Assembly: GCA_963695855.1 (NCBI GenBank)
Contig: CAVOHZ010000010.1
Coordinates: forward strand, 224,001 to 288,000
Origin: an uncultured Nitrososphaerales archaeon
GTDB lineage: Archaea; Thermoproteota; Nitrososphaeria; Nitrososphaerales; Nitrososphaeraceae
Direction of reading: 5' to 3'
DNA: 64,000 bases
Numbering within the stretch: position 1 is the stretch's first letter; every line of letters begins with the position of its first letter. The position numbers and the translations under genes are program-made. Below the pieces are notes generated by a model. It saw nothing but the letters and a program-made list of their open reading frames with translations, searched no databases and was not told the origin of the DNA. Shown here one piece after another: positions 44,433-55,884 of this stretch.

Positions 44433-45344
44433 TTGAACAAACAACAATCAAAATATGTTAGATTAGCAGATCAACTATTACGTATTCTCAAACATTGCAG
44501 AATTCCATTATATTTGCATAGAAAGAGCAACCACATTTACACAGTATGGCAACACATAGTACTTGTTACAATAAGAAGACAGTATGAAGGTAAGAGTTAT
44601 CGAATGTTTACAGACTGGCTTGTTGAAGCATACTATTTGAGATTGTTTTTACAACTATCCAAAATACCACATTATACAACATTACAGAAATTCACAGATA
44701 GAATCAATGTAGTGATGCTTGGAAAGATAATCTCATCTTTTATCTTATTCACAAGAACAAGACGCATATTTACTGGCATAGATTTGACTGGATTCAAAAT
44801 AACACATGCATCAGAGTACTATACTAGCAGAGCAAAACTACGAAGGAAGAAATATGCTAAATTGTCAATTGGCGCAGATGTATTACAACAAATCGTCTGT
44901 TCTATAAAGATAAGGCGAGCTCCAACAAGACATGATAACATAGATTTTAGACCAGTGACAACAAGAATATCAAAAATAAAACCATTATCGGTAGTTGTTG
45001 CAGATAAAGCATATGATAGTGAGGATAATCATGTACTAGTTAGAGAGAAACTAAACGGATTCAGTGTTATACCATCAAGATATGAAAAAGATGTACCAAT
45101 ATGGAAAACTCGTGGCAAATACAGAAAAGAAATGAAACGTGGCTATTCAAAGATTCTGTACAATCAACGTAACAAAGATGAAACTATTGTATTAGTCATA
45201 AAAAGATTGTTTGGAGAACATATATCATCCAGATTAATACGAATGCAGAACAGAGAATTGACTTTCAGATGTATTACATACAATCTTCATAGGATGCTAA
45301 ATTTAATTATTATTAAATGGATTCTACAGAGCCGAAGGACGTAG
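44433..45344 (+). CDS. IS5-family transposase
   Basis: IDLTGF, ADKAYDSE, YNQRNKDET motifs. Confidence 0.9.
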   Translation: MNKQQSKYVRLADQLLRILKHCRIPLYLHRKSNHIYTVWQHIVLVTIRRQYEGKSYRMFTDWLVEAYYLRLFLQLSKIPHYTTLQKFTDRINVVMLGKIISSFILFTRTRRIFTGIDLTGFKITHASEYYTSRAKLRRKKYAKLSIGADVLQQIVCSIKIRRAPTRHDNIDFRPVTTRISKIKPLSVVVADKAYDSEDNHVLVREKLNGFSVIPSRYEKDVPIWKTRGKYRKEMKRGYSKILYNQRNKDETIVLVIKRLFGEHISSRLIRMQNRELTFRCITYNLHRMLNLIIIKWILQSRRT

Positions 45345-46348
45345 AACCTTAAATACGATGAAGTATGTTTTCATGGCAACAAGTGCTAATTTCGGAAATA
45401 TGTTTAGTATGGCTGGTGTATCGTTATTTCTGACATTCCTTCCCCTTTTGCCAAAACAGATACTTCTTACCAACTTGATGACAGACTTTCCAGAAATGAC
45501 AATATCAACAGATAATGTAGATAAAGAAATATTAGAAGTTCCCAGGCATTGGGATCTTAAATTTATTCGTAAATTCATGCTTGTATTTGGTTTTTTAAGT
45601 ACTATTTTTGATTTTCTGACCTTTATTGTACTACTAAATATTTTACACGCAAACATAGAACAATTTAGAACGACATGGTTTATGGAATCAGTTATTTCGG
45701 CTTCACTCGTAGTTTTAATTATCAGAAGTAAAAAACCATTAATGAAAAGTACTCCTGGAAAATTTTTGTTAATTACAACTTTAATAGTTAATATTTTTGT
45801 ACTTGCTATTCCTCTTACTCCTATTGGCCCAATATTTGGATTTGTTGTTATCCCGTTAACATTCTATCTTAGTATAGGAATAATTGTGCTAACGTATGTA
45901 GTTATGGCTGAAGTAATAAAGTGGATCTTTTATAGATTGGTAAAAATGTAATATTAAATCTCTTTTTTGAAACGTCTATAGCGTTTAAATCTGCATGTAG
46001 ATTAATGGTATTTGTTATAGCGGGCAACAATATTAAAAAAGTCATTAATAGCATCAAAACCAAGCAATAGTTCTACTCTCTTAAGTAGTGAATAATTATA
46101 TTTCTTCTAACCTCCTGCATAATATTCCCACAATAGGTTATCCACTTGAGCTATGGTAGTAATTAGTGCAAGACAGGAATAGATAAAAAAAGTATTACAA
46201 TCAAAACTTACGATAAACATATTAATTTATAAAAATTGTCATCAGTTGTTATTTTTCCATAATGATAACCAGTTAAATAATTAATAAGCTTATTAAAAAT
46301 CGAAACTTTATAGATATGCTTAAATCCTAGATCCTGTGAGCAACTGGT

Positions 46349-47170
46349 ATGGCAACTAAATATATTATTTTGTTATTGCCAATAGTGCTAGCTCTAACAA
46401 TACAAATATCAAATACGGAAATCCTTGCACAAACTGGTGGTTTGTCTAATATAGGATCCCCTGATTATGCAGTAAACATAGTTCCAGGTGCCTCTCTAAA
46501 AGAAAATATATTTCATTATTACCCTCCAAAAATTGCAATTCCTGTAGACACTACTGTGAATTGGCTTAATGGAGATGTCGGACAACCACACACAGTAACC
46601 AGTGGACAACCTGGCGCTGCGGATAAAGGTTCGGTATTTAATTCAGGTGTTATGCCCGCCTTCCCTGTCAGAACCTTTCAATTCACTTTCACACAACCTG
46701 GTGAATATCCATATCACTGTATTATTCATCCATGGAGGGTTGCGGTAGTATCTGTAAGTGATATGCTTTTCTCCGGTAAGAGTTTTGATATTGGTATAGG
46801 ATCAGGTGCCATATGGGATATTTCCACTAACCCACGAGTATTACTGGACATTAGCCCAAAGACTGTGCCATTAGACAGAGTTACTCATGTTACCTACAAT
46901 GTAACTATCAAGGATGGCGCAAATAACGCAACATTGCTTTCTAAGCTTTTCACTACAGCTGGTGAATCGCTTCCAGTAGAGTTAGTTTCTGGCATAGGTA
47001 ATGAAAGCATTTCTTATGGACCAGATTTTAGCAGTACAGGAGCTTATCATGTTCAATCAGATTTTAAAAAGGGTTCTTCTTATCCAATAAGTGTAGAAAT
47101 AGTATCAGTTGACTATAAACCAGTACAAGCTCCAATCAAAGCTTCATTCACGATGAAGACTAGTCCTTAA
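46349..47170 (+). CDS. Secreted cupredoxin-domain protein (HPWR variant, paralog 2)
   Basis: PHTVT, YHCIIHPWR; close paralog of 4023-4853. Confidence 0.85.
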   Translation: MATKYIILLLPIVLALTIQISNTEILAQTGGLSNIGSPDYAVNIVPGASLKENIFHYYPPKIAIPVDTTVNWLNGDVGQPHTVTSGQPGAADKGSVFNSGVMPAFPVRTFQFTFTQPGEYPYHCIIHPWRVAVVSVSDMLFSGKSFDIGIGSGAIWDISTNPRVLLDISPKTVPLDRVTHVTYNVTIKDGANNATLLSKLFTTAGESLPVELVSGIGNESISYGPDFSSTGAYHVQSDFKKGSSYPISVEIVSVDYKPVQAPIKASFTMKTSP

Positions 47171-47361
47171 ATTTTTTCCCACCTAATATTTTTTTCTTTA
47201 AGTTTATAATTACTAATTCAAATAATAGTAATAACTTCTGGTAAGTAATTTTTAATAATAAAATCTTATTAGAAAATATAGGCTAATTGGTATAGATTAC
47301 TTGACTGTTATATCAAAAATGAAAGAAAGGGTATTATTAGGATTGGGATCATTAAAAATAA

Positions 47362-47862
47362 TTGAGTTTAGAATCAATATCTATTTCTAACTGTATGACT
47401 AGAAATGTAAAAACAATTAGCTCAACAGAACAATTATTCAACGCATGTAAAATAATGAAAGATAACTACATAGGATGTGTTGTAGTAGTAGATGAATCTC
47501 ATAGTAACAATCCTATTGGAATAATAACAGAAAGAGACATTGTAAATAATTTATCTTCTCAAGATGCCAATTTACAAATATACTTAAAAGAGATAATGAG
47601 TAAACCTATAGTTACCATTCAAGAAACACATTCTTTAATAGATGCATTACAAACTATGGATAAAAATAACTTTCGTAGGCTGCCTATAACCAATAAGGAA
47701 GGCAAATTAGTAGGTATAGTAACTGATAAAGATATATTTAAAACAATTATCAAGAATAAGGATTTGATATCTGATCTTTACAACAATAAGAATTTTCAAT
47801 TTTCTCAATCTGCACTAGAAGAATATAGAGAACATCTTTTTGAAAATATCTTTCGTCCGTAA
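47362..47862 (+). CDS. Tandem CBS-domain protein
   Basis: GIITERD, FRRLP, GIVTDKD. Confidence 0.92.
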   Translation: MSLESISISNCMTRNVKTISSTEQLFNACKIMKDNYIGCVVVVDESHSNNPIGIITERDIVNNLSSQDANLQIYLKEIMSKPIVTIQETHSLIDALQTMDKNNFRRLPITNKEGKLVGIVTDKDIFKTIIKNKDLISDLYNNKNFQFSQSALEEYREHLFENIFRP

Positions 47863-48246
47863 CAACTTTAGTTACTATTAATTAGGTAATTATAATAAGA
47901 TTAAATATAGAGTTATATATTTGAAATTCAATTTCTGTTTCATAACTTATTAGATATTCCAATGTTTATATCTTTATTATTCTATTAACTTGATGTTTAT
48001 ATTCTTTATAAAAACCATAGTATCATAAATTCTATTCAAATTTGTTTTTTTATATATGTACATATAATTTATTTTATATATACATTTTCGGCCCTTTATA
48101 ATTACGCCATATATATAACGTATTTTGTCAAATAAGTCATATATGGACTTAATTTCAACATTTAGGGCGTTTTTCAGTATATCAACTAATTAGTTTAAAT
48201 ACTAGTGGGTGTATATTCTTTATTTAAACCAAATGATGAATAAAAC

Positions 48247-48756
48247 GATTAACCTTTAAGTGAATAATTATCCAAATACGAGATAGTAATAGAAAAACGA
48301 GATACTAATAGAAAATTTACACAAAAGATTTTGTTATGGCTTCTGATGGCAGTTTTGATAAAGTCATAATACTTGCTCAATATTTCGATAATTCACTGTT
48401 GTGCACTTTAAATAATTTTTTTATGTTTTATTTTAATCATTGAAAAATTACTTACCAGAAGTTATTACTATTATTTGAATTAGTAATTATAAACTTAAAG
48501 AAAAAAATATTAGGTGGGAAAAAATTTAAGGACTAGTCTTCATCGTGAATGAAGCTTTGATTGGAGCTTGTACTGGTTTATAGTCAACTGATACTATTTC
48601 TACACTTATTGGATAAGAAGAACCCTTTTTAAAATCTGATTGAACATGATAAGCTCCTGTACTGCTAAAATCTGGTCCATAAGAAATGCTTTCATTACCT
48701 ATGCCAGAAACTAACTCTACTGGAAGCGATTCACCTGAGGTAGTGAATAGCTTAGA
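48247..48756 (-). repeat. Third partial copy of the cupredoxin 3' end and downstream DNA
   Basis: Direct match to 3763-4250; 48443-48756 is an inverted near-identical copy of about 46946-47256. Confidence 0.92.
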
Positions 48757-48758
48757 GA

Positions 48759-48900
48759 ATGGTTTATGGGATAAAATCGGAAGAAAATTCTATTTATGAG
48801 GCTGCGAAAAAGAAAGGAATTGAATTCAAAAAAATTGATTGTAAAGATCTTATTATTGATTTAAATGCCTCTTCAGAAGATTATATAACTCAAACAATAA
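48759..48900 (+). pseudogene. N-terminal fragment of a LysX/RimK-family ligase
   Basis: EENSIYEAAKKKGIEFKKIDCKDLIIDLN, then fused to IS481 sequence. Confidence 0.6.
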
Positions 48901-48909
48901 GCCAAGAAA

Positions 48910-49300
48910 TTAAAAAACTAAATAAAATGGTACAGATGGTTTTTTAGGACCATTTTATATAGAGAATTCTGCTCAAAAAAACTATTTTATCAGTTGTGAA
49001 GAAGATGATTGTTTAAGGAAAACGTCAAGTGATTGGTCTCGAAGAAAGAAAAGAAGTGTATATGTATTGCAGGTACTAGAAAAAGACTATATTGTAGAGA
49101 AGGGTAAGCCTGAAAAGGTAATGCATGATAATGGTAAACAATTCACATTTAAAATATTCAAGCATTTTCTGAAAAGGAACAAGATAAAGGATAATAAACC
49201 AATTCCAAATAGATATTCACAACTACAATACAAGAAAAAATTGAACCATATACAAACAAGATAGTAAAAAATGAATTTTTAGCCGTCGAAAATTATCTCA
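48910..49300 (+). mobile_element. IS481 transposase remnant
   Basis: GKPEKVMHDNGKQF; similar to 19086-19640; frameshifted. Confidence 0.85.
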
Positions 49301-49390
49301 AGTCTTGAATAATAGTGTTTAACTTTTGTCAATCATTTAAGAAATAATTTTAATTGGTAATTGGAACTAAATAAAATTGAGTGGATACTC

Positions 49391-49990
49391 TTATATCATT
49401 TCTCTTGATTTTGTACCTTTTCTATAATATATCAATAGAAAACCTACTCCTCCTGATATTATCCCTAAAAGTAAAATAATAATTGCAGTAGAAATAGGTT
49501 CAATGAAAGGAGCTAATATTTGATGTGCTTGTCCACCGTTAAATCCTTGTCCTCCAACATTTTCAGGAAGCATTGCTGCTCCACCTATATACCCCGCATA
49601 CATTAACATACCCATTGTAGATGTTGTTCCAATATTCATAAGTAAAAGATGTATCCAAGCTAATAGTTTAGTTAGCTGCTTATTATAGGGCTTTGCTAGA
49701 ATTCTTTCAAGATAATAGTAGAACAGAGCAGAAACCGCAACCCCCATTACTCCAACAACTATGTACATAATATAACCAAAAGTAAACCAGGTTCCTGCAC
49801 CCCCAGCTGCAATTACTCTTGAAATTTCTGGTTTTAGAAAAGATATTTGACTAAAAACAAGAAAAAGTGTTAATCCAACGATGATTGCTCCTTGAATAAT
49901 GGCAGCACAGATAAATCGATTAGTCCATGTTATAGATAAATGGTTATTATGACAGTTAGTGTCATCATTACTTTCTCCTTCTGAATTCAT
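49391..49990 (-). CDS. 4-TM membrane protein
   Basis: Four hydrophobic segments; WIHLLLMNIG motif. Confidence 0.75.
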   Translation of the reverse strand: MNSEGESNDDTNCHNNHLSITWTNRFICAAIIQGAIIVGLTLFLVFSQISFLKPEISRVIAAGGAGTWFTFGYIMYIVVGVMGVAVSALFYYYLERILAKPYNKQLTKLLAWIHLLLMNIGTTSTMGMLMYAGYIGGAAMLPENVGGQGFNGGQAHQILAPFIEPISTAIIILLLGIISGGVGFLLIYYRKGTKSREMI

Positions 49991-50279
49991 TTTTTCCTTT
50001 TATTATACACATTAACTTACAAGATAGAAATAGATTGTGGTTTGTAGGATGCCATTGCTTTAACAAAATAAATTAATTTTTTCAATTGCATCATATCTTT
50101 TACATAGGACAATTAGTTTATCATAGTGATATTGAGCACTAAAACTCTGTCCATTTAACTTACGACGGGCCAGTAGTTTTCTCAGATCCATCTCCTAGAG
50201 ATATATTTCTTAGTTAAGTTAATTAGATGATTCATCAACAGATCCAATCATATACTGGATAGTTTACACCACCAGCAGG

Positions 50280-50820
50280 CAGGGTTCACAGTAATATCTA
50301 CAGATGAATCATTTTTCTTCTATGACTTTCTTGTAAGAAGAGTCTGGATAAGAAAAGATGAAGACCAGTTGTAAGAATTACAGGGTCCCATCAGGAATCC
50401 ATCTTATTTGGTGCTACAAGTTTAGAAGGAAATCAGTTATTCAGGCAGTATGACTGGTTTGATGAAAATACCTCTTTAGATTACCTAAAAACAGATACGC
50501 AGAAAATTTCCAAAATGTTATCTGTTTCTTGATAAGGCAAAACAACATTACAGATCGAAAAAGGTACTACAATATTTTGCTGACAATAGAGATAGTTTGA
50601 TTCCAGTTTATCTTCCAACAGCATCTCCTGAATTTATGGTACTGCAAGAGATATGGCATATAGCCAAAAAAGATCTGCTTGTTCTACAACAATACTATTC
50701 ATGCTTTACCAATTTCAGAAATAAAATATCTAAATATTTTAGAACAAAAAGATTCAATCTGGATATGAAAAATTACCTAGTTAGAGGTGAGTAAGTAAGC
50801 ATATTTATCTTAATTGGTAT
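50280..50820 (+). mobile_element. IS630 remnant
   Basis: TDESFF, YLPTASPEFMVLQEIW; end matches 25371-25410. Confidence 0.85.
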
Positions 50821-51104
50821 AAGTATGAAAATTAATAATGTAATAGCAATTCAATAATCAATATTAGCGACAAGATTACTTAACTAGATTTTCAAGTTTT
50901 AATCGATAATATTAATAAAATTTTTACTTTCTGTCATATTTTTAATTGGAGATTCTAGAGATTTAATCTATGAGGTTTGTTCTTACTTGTTTTTATTACC
51001 AATAGGTAACATATCTCCATTGCTCAATAAAATCTCACACTTTTATTTTTTATAAATCTATATTGAATAGATTGTTTGGATACGAAGAAAAAAATGGAAT
51101 ATAA

Positions 51105-51599
51105 TCAAGGTTTATAAATAGTATCAAAAATCCGATCCCGAAATTGTTCCAAAATAGAATACGAAGGTTCAAACTCTTTACTGTCATAATAATCAGACAA
51201 CAAGTCTTTATTACTCAGAATGGCTTTAATTATATCTTTATCAGTAATTATTCCAATTAGTTTTTGTTCATTATTAATTACTGGTAGTCTTCTAAAGTTA
51301 TGTGAATGCATAATTTGTAATGCCTCTATTAACGAATTAGAATCTTTAATTGTAATTAGTGGAGAAGTCATTATCTTTTGTGCTTGTAATTGTAAAGTAT
51401 CTTCTTTTTGCGCAATACAGTATACTATATCTCGTTCTGTGATTATTCCAACAGGATCATCAGATTCATTTACTACTATAAGACTGCCGATATTGTTATT
51501 TTTCATAATTTGGCATATTTGGAATAATGGTCTTGTTAATTGACTTGTCTTCACATTACTTGACATAAAATTCGAAATATTGGTACTTTTTAAGCTCAA
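51105..51599 (-). CDS. Tandem CBS-domain protein
   Basis: Paralog of 47362-47862; TTG start at 51599 inferred by alignment. Confidence 0.9.
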   Translation of the reverse strand: MSLKSTNISNFMSSNVKTSQLTRPLFQICQIMKNNNIGSLIVVNESDDPVGIITERDIVYCIAQKEDTLQLQAQKIMTSPLITIKDSNSLIEALQIMHSHNFRRLPVINNEQKLIGIITDKDIIKAILSNKDLLSDYYDSKEFEPSYSILEQFRDRIFDTIYKP

Positions 51600-51660
51600 G
51601 ATGGATATATTATAGAAGAATACTTCTACATATCTCTTTTCTTTTTTAATCAATTTATTA

Positions 51661-51770
51661 CCTGAATCTGATCCGGTTACATCCAAATCTTTTTGTTATA
51701 CGTAAATCCAGAATTTGTTGTTATATCTCATTTGTTACTTTATGACATTGTATATTGTGTGGTCTTCTAC
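51661..51770 (-). mobile_element. IS481 fragment
   Basis: About 50 bp identical to 19761-19810, then diverging. Confidence 0.8.
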
Positions 51771-52495
51771 TTCACTTCTTATCATCTCTTTATAAGTTAA
51801 TTGTTCTGTTTTTATTAATTTTATTTCTTCATCCTTTTGGAGCATTAATTGCTGAAATATTTTTCTTGCATCCTGTAATTCCTTATCCTTATAATCCTTG
51901 GGATAGGCTTTTAGAATAAAAATTTGTTGTTTATTTTATCATGTAATTTAACATGATAAAATATTATATTATATTATGTCTGTGGAATAAATAGATAGAT
52001 AGATAGATAGAAATACTATTATTTTTGTATTTGTTGTATTTTTTCTAGATATTCACAAATATGTTTCTTGCTGGTCTGCACTTCCAAATATTCTCCCTTT
52101 GAGGGATGCCAATATATTGGAATATTGCAGCCATAGCACGATCTAACGTTCATTTTGTTTTACTTCACTTCTTAGTATAATTAATAACATTTCTATTTTT
52201 TAAAATATTGCTATATAATATAGATAGTATCAATAGTTCTATCTTTCTATTTTCTCATGATATTATAACAATTTAAAAAAATATTTTTATAAATTTATAA
52301 ATCTATTACTCTAGCGATATTGTCAATATAAAATCAAAATTTTCAATAATTCCGGAGTAGAAGGGGGTAGAAATGATCACCTTCTTCGTTCCGGAGTCCT
52401 GGTAAGTCGTTGAAGGATGTAAATTCAATTACGATAAAGTGGTTTATCTTTATTTATAATAGAAAACCTTTACGGGTATATTGATCTAAATAATT

Positions 52496-53673
52496 GAGAG
52501 TGGGTCATAATTCATTAAACGAATATTGTAATGTTAACAATAGTATATACTCAATCCTTATGTTCCTAACATGTATTTGATTGCTCTGGGATTATCCTTG
52601 TTGGTTTTACAGTTGTAGTATACAAGAATCTGGTATAGCAAAACTGATAGTAGTACTATAGCACAACCCTTGGCGTATCCTCGTACAGGTAATGGATCTA
52701 TCCTGAACGCGGATTTGATATGTTGTATCAACGGCTCAATTGATATACTTCTCAAGGAATAGATAGCCTGTCCAATATTCGATTCATAAAATTCAACTAA
52801 TTTTATCCGGTCAGCAGATGTATTTTCATATCTTTTTACTGGACACACCAATTGAAATCCCATATCTGTACTGAGATCATATAATTTATGATCATCGTAT
52901 CCAGGATCTGCAGACATGAATAATGTTCTTTTTATAATCCTAAAAGGAATACTTGCTGTCAACATACTGTATATTTGATTGTCAGGTATGTTGGCAGTTG
53001 TAAAATCTGCTGCCAAAGGTACAATGATAGAACCAGTACTAGAAGATATCATATGTAATTTGTATCCAAATATCCAACCTTTTGTATGACTGAATCCCCA
53101 CATTGCATCAGTATCAATACCGGAACGTGGTACTACTTTTTTCTTTATAGATGATTTATGCCAGACATGACCTTTAGCCTTTACAAGTGTACTGTCTGTT
53201 GAAAGAACAGATGGATCGATTATTTTATCGTGAACAAAAATATCACTCATTATAGTTATTCTGTTTTTAATATCATTGGATATTGTGACAAGGCGTCTAT
53301 CAAATGTTCTTCTGCTAGGTACTCTGTATAGCCCACATACTTTCATTACCTTTTTGTTATACGATAGATCCATTGCAAGGTATTCATGCAATGCTCTGTT
53401 AGAATCCAATCTAAACCAAATACGTACTATAAAGCATCTCAAGATAACAGTAGGAGAATAGACATATGGTCTACCACGTCCCCCTCCTCCTCCTCTATTA
53501 TTTTTATGTGGCCAACGAATCAAACCAATCAAATACAAAATACTAATTAGAATAGATGTTGATCTTTTCTGCTGTGCTAGTTTGTTGGTTTGGATGATAA
53601 TTACACCAAAACATCATACACCAATAAACTAGCTTTATTCGTTATGAAAATGGAATAATTATGACCCAGCCTC
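52496..53673 (-). mobile_element. DDE (IS4/IS5-superfamily-like) IS with transposase 52558-53538
   Basis: TIRs gagagtgggtcataatt / aattatgacccagcctc; perfect 8-bp TSD aaataatt; DST, GYKLH, ADPGYD, SIEP motifs. Confidence 0.93.
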
Positions 53674-54414
53674 AAATAATTACATTAGCATATGCGTGTT
53701 ACTAATTGACTGCTATTCAACACAGTAATCGTGTCTGTTGAAAACCCGACGGAGCCCAGTTATCCGATCGTCCAATCGAGTAATGACCGTCTGAGATTCG
53801 ATAACCCATGTGAAATTCCTCATGATTTCCACCGAACCGGATCATAAGTTATTATAAACGGTAACAGATTACAATATAATAATATATTTTGTCAAATTGA
53901 TTTAAATATCTTCTTTTTTAAACATTTCTGCTAATGTAAATTCATACATTGATCAAACCTCTTTACTTCAATTTTTACTAAAATATCAATTAATGTTCTT
54001 CTTATAGTGGATATTTCGGAATGATAAAATATTACAAGATTAGATAATGTTCCTTCTAACCTCAGATATATTAAATTCACATTTAACAATCTAATGAGCA
54101 ATACTAACAACAGAATGATAGTATTTGCCTCTATACTGGGAGCAATACTAGCAACAGGGGGTGGTCACTTCCGAATTTTGGTGTGAATGTATATATAATG
54201 GTAAAGTCATATAATCTCGTCATAAAATTATTGTACGATTTGTAAAATATTTCTAAAGAAAGTTACATTAGAGAAGAGAGTCCTAAAAAGGTCAGGCGTG
54301 TGAAATTTTGGAGAAATAATCCTGATATCTTACAGAGTTTCATGTTTTTAATAAATATACGTTCCTTTCGAATAAGGGAGACTTTCGCATAAAGGAGAAC
54401 CTGAACAGTAAAAA

Positions 54415-55605
54415 ATGAGATTCGTAGGTTCAAAGGGGATTAGATTTTCAGAGACGAACAGAAAGTGTTGTATCTGCTTTATTGATGTTGTAGATTCAAC
54501 AAAAAATACTTTGAAATTTACTGATTTAAACTATACAAGAAAATATTACTCGACATTTATTAACTCTATATATGAAATAGTAAAAAAGTATAATGCAAAG
54601 GTTGTAAAAAACATTGGCGATTCATTACTATTTTATTTCCCTGAGACTGCTGATAGTATAAATATTTCAAGGTTTGGAAAGGCATTAGAATGCGGTTTGG
54701 AAATTCTTGAAAATCGTCAAAATGTTAATGATAAATTATCAGATGAAAACTTTCCACCATTTAACTATAGGATAAGCATGGATTACGGACCGGTTGAAAT
54801 GGCCTTATCAGGCGAGTACAATCAATTAGATATTTTTGGATCCGCAGTAAACCTATGTGCCAAAATTAATATTCTATCTAACCCAAATGAATTAGTAATA
54901 GGAGACAATTTCTATAGAATCCTAAATGCTTATTCACCTATTGTCGAAAAGCATTACTTGTTTAATTTTTCTAAAGATTTTACTGTTTTAAATGGTTGTG
55001 AAACTTGTTCTCAAAAGAATGTATGCAAATTGTTTCGTGTAGCAGGAGAGTATATGAGTTTAGAGGATACAAAATATTCATGTTATATTATTAAAAGAAA
55101 ATATCCAAAAAATTTATCCTATAAAAATCAATATATTTCCAAATTAAATAATACAAGAGGTCCTGAATTTTCTATTCTTGATGGTCAGAAAGATCAGGTT
55201 GAATATGAGAAAGAATATAGAGATTATAATAATATAAAAAAAATTATTCTGGTTGATGATAATCCTGAAGTTTTATACACTTTGGAATCATTTTTGACTG
55301 AATTTAAGTACAATATTAATTCCTTTACAGATTACACACAGGCATTACAATACATGAGATCAAATCCATTCTATGATAATCTTTTGATAATAACAGATAT
55401 TGTATTAAAAAAAGAGAATGGATTGCAGTTTTATCTACAGGCCAAAACTATTGATCCAACTATAAAATTTCTTTTTATTACTGGATATGATATTGTAGAT
55501 GAGGTAATATCCGTAATCCCTGGTCTGAATAAGGGTTACATAGTTAGAAAACCTATAGAAAAAAATACGTTTGTGAATAAGGTAAATTCACTACTACCTA
55601 TCTAG
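54415..55605 (+). CDS. Class III nucleotidyl cyclase fused to a C-terminal receiver domain
   Basis: FIDVVDST, KNIGDSL, DIFGSAVNLCAK; receiver LVDD, ITD, ITG, KP. Confidence 0.9.
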   Translation: MRFVGSKGIRFSETNRKCCICFIDVVDSTKNTLKFTDLNYTRKYYSTFINSIYEIVKKYNAKVVKNIGDSLLFYFPETADSINISRFGKALECGLEILENRQNVNDKLSDENFPPFNYRISMDYGPVEMALSGEYNQLDIFGSAVNLCAKINILSNPNELVIGDNFYRILNAYSPIVEKHYLFNFSKDFTVLNGCETCSQKNVCKLFRVAGEYMSLEDTKYSCYIIKRKYPKNLSYKNQYISKLNNTRGPEFSILDGQKDQVEYEKEYRDYNNIKKIILVDDNPEVLYTLESFLTEFKYNINSFTDYTQALQYMRSNPFYDNLLIITDIVLKKENGLQFYLQAKTIDPTIKFLFITGYDIVDEVISVIPGLNKGYIVRKPIEKNTFVNKVNSLLPI

Positions 55606-55884
55606 TATTTTACATTCGCTCTTATTGACAAATGTTTCAGTCAAGCTTAAAGCCATATAATACATTTCAAAGATGTCTTTACTTTAACCACATCTCTTCC
55701 TGAATGTAACTTTAATAATCTAGCATCTTCTAAATACTGTAATCAATGTGGTTCAAAACTTATTGATCTTACCTAAATAAATCCACATCGACTAATTGAC
55801 TTTGGGCTTATTGCACCCATGAAATTGGTTCTCTAAAATAGTTAATACATAGAAATTCACTTGTGTTTGTTGAAAATATATTAA

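Larger units (their letters stand above)
43102..45333 (+). mobile_element. IS5-family element whose left TIR is split by an IS110-family element
   Basis: 8-bp TSD gaaggacg (43094-43101, 45334-45341); right TIR atggattctacagagcc; reconstructed left TIR ggctctgtagaaaccat. Confidence 0.92.
43055..45951 (+). pseudogene. mgtA: 5'-truncated second copy of mgtA, interrupted by an IS
   Basis: LEKDISVLLDAIMEGR|RT..TMKYVFMATSANFG matches the C-terminal quarter of 6319-8847. Confidence 0.9.
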
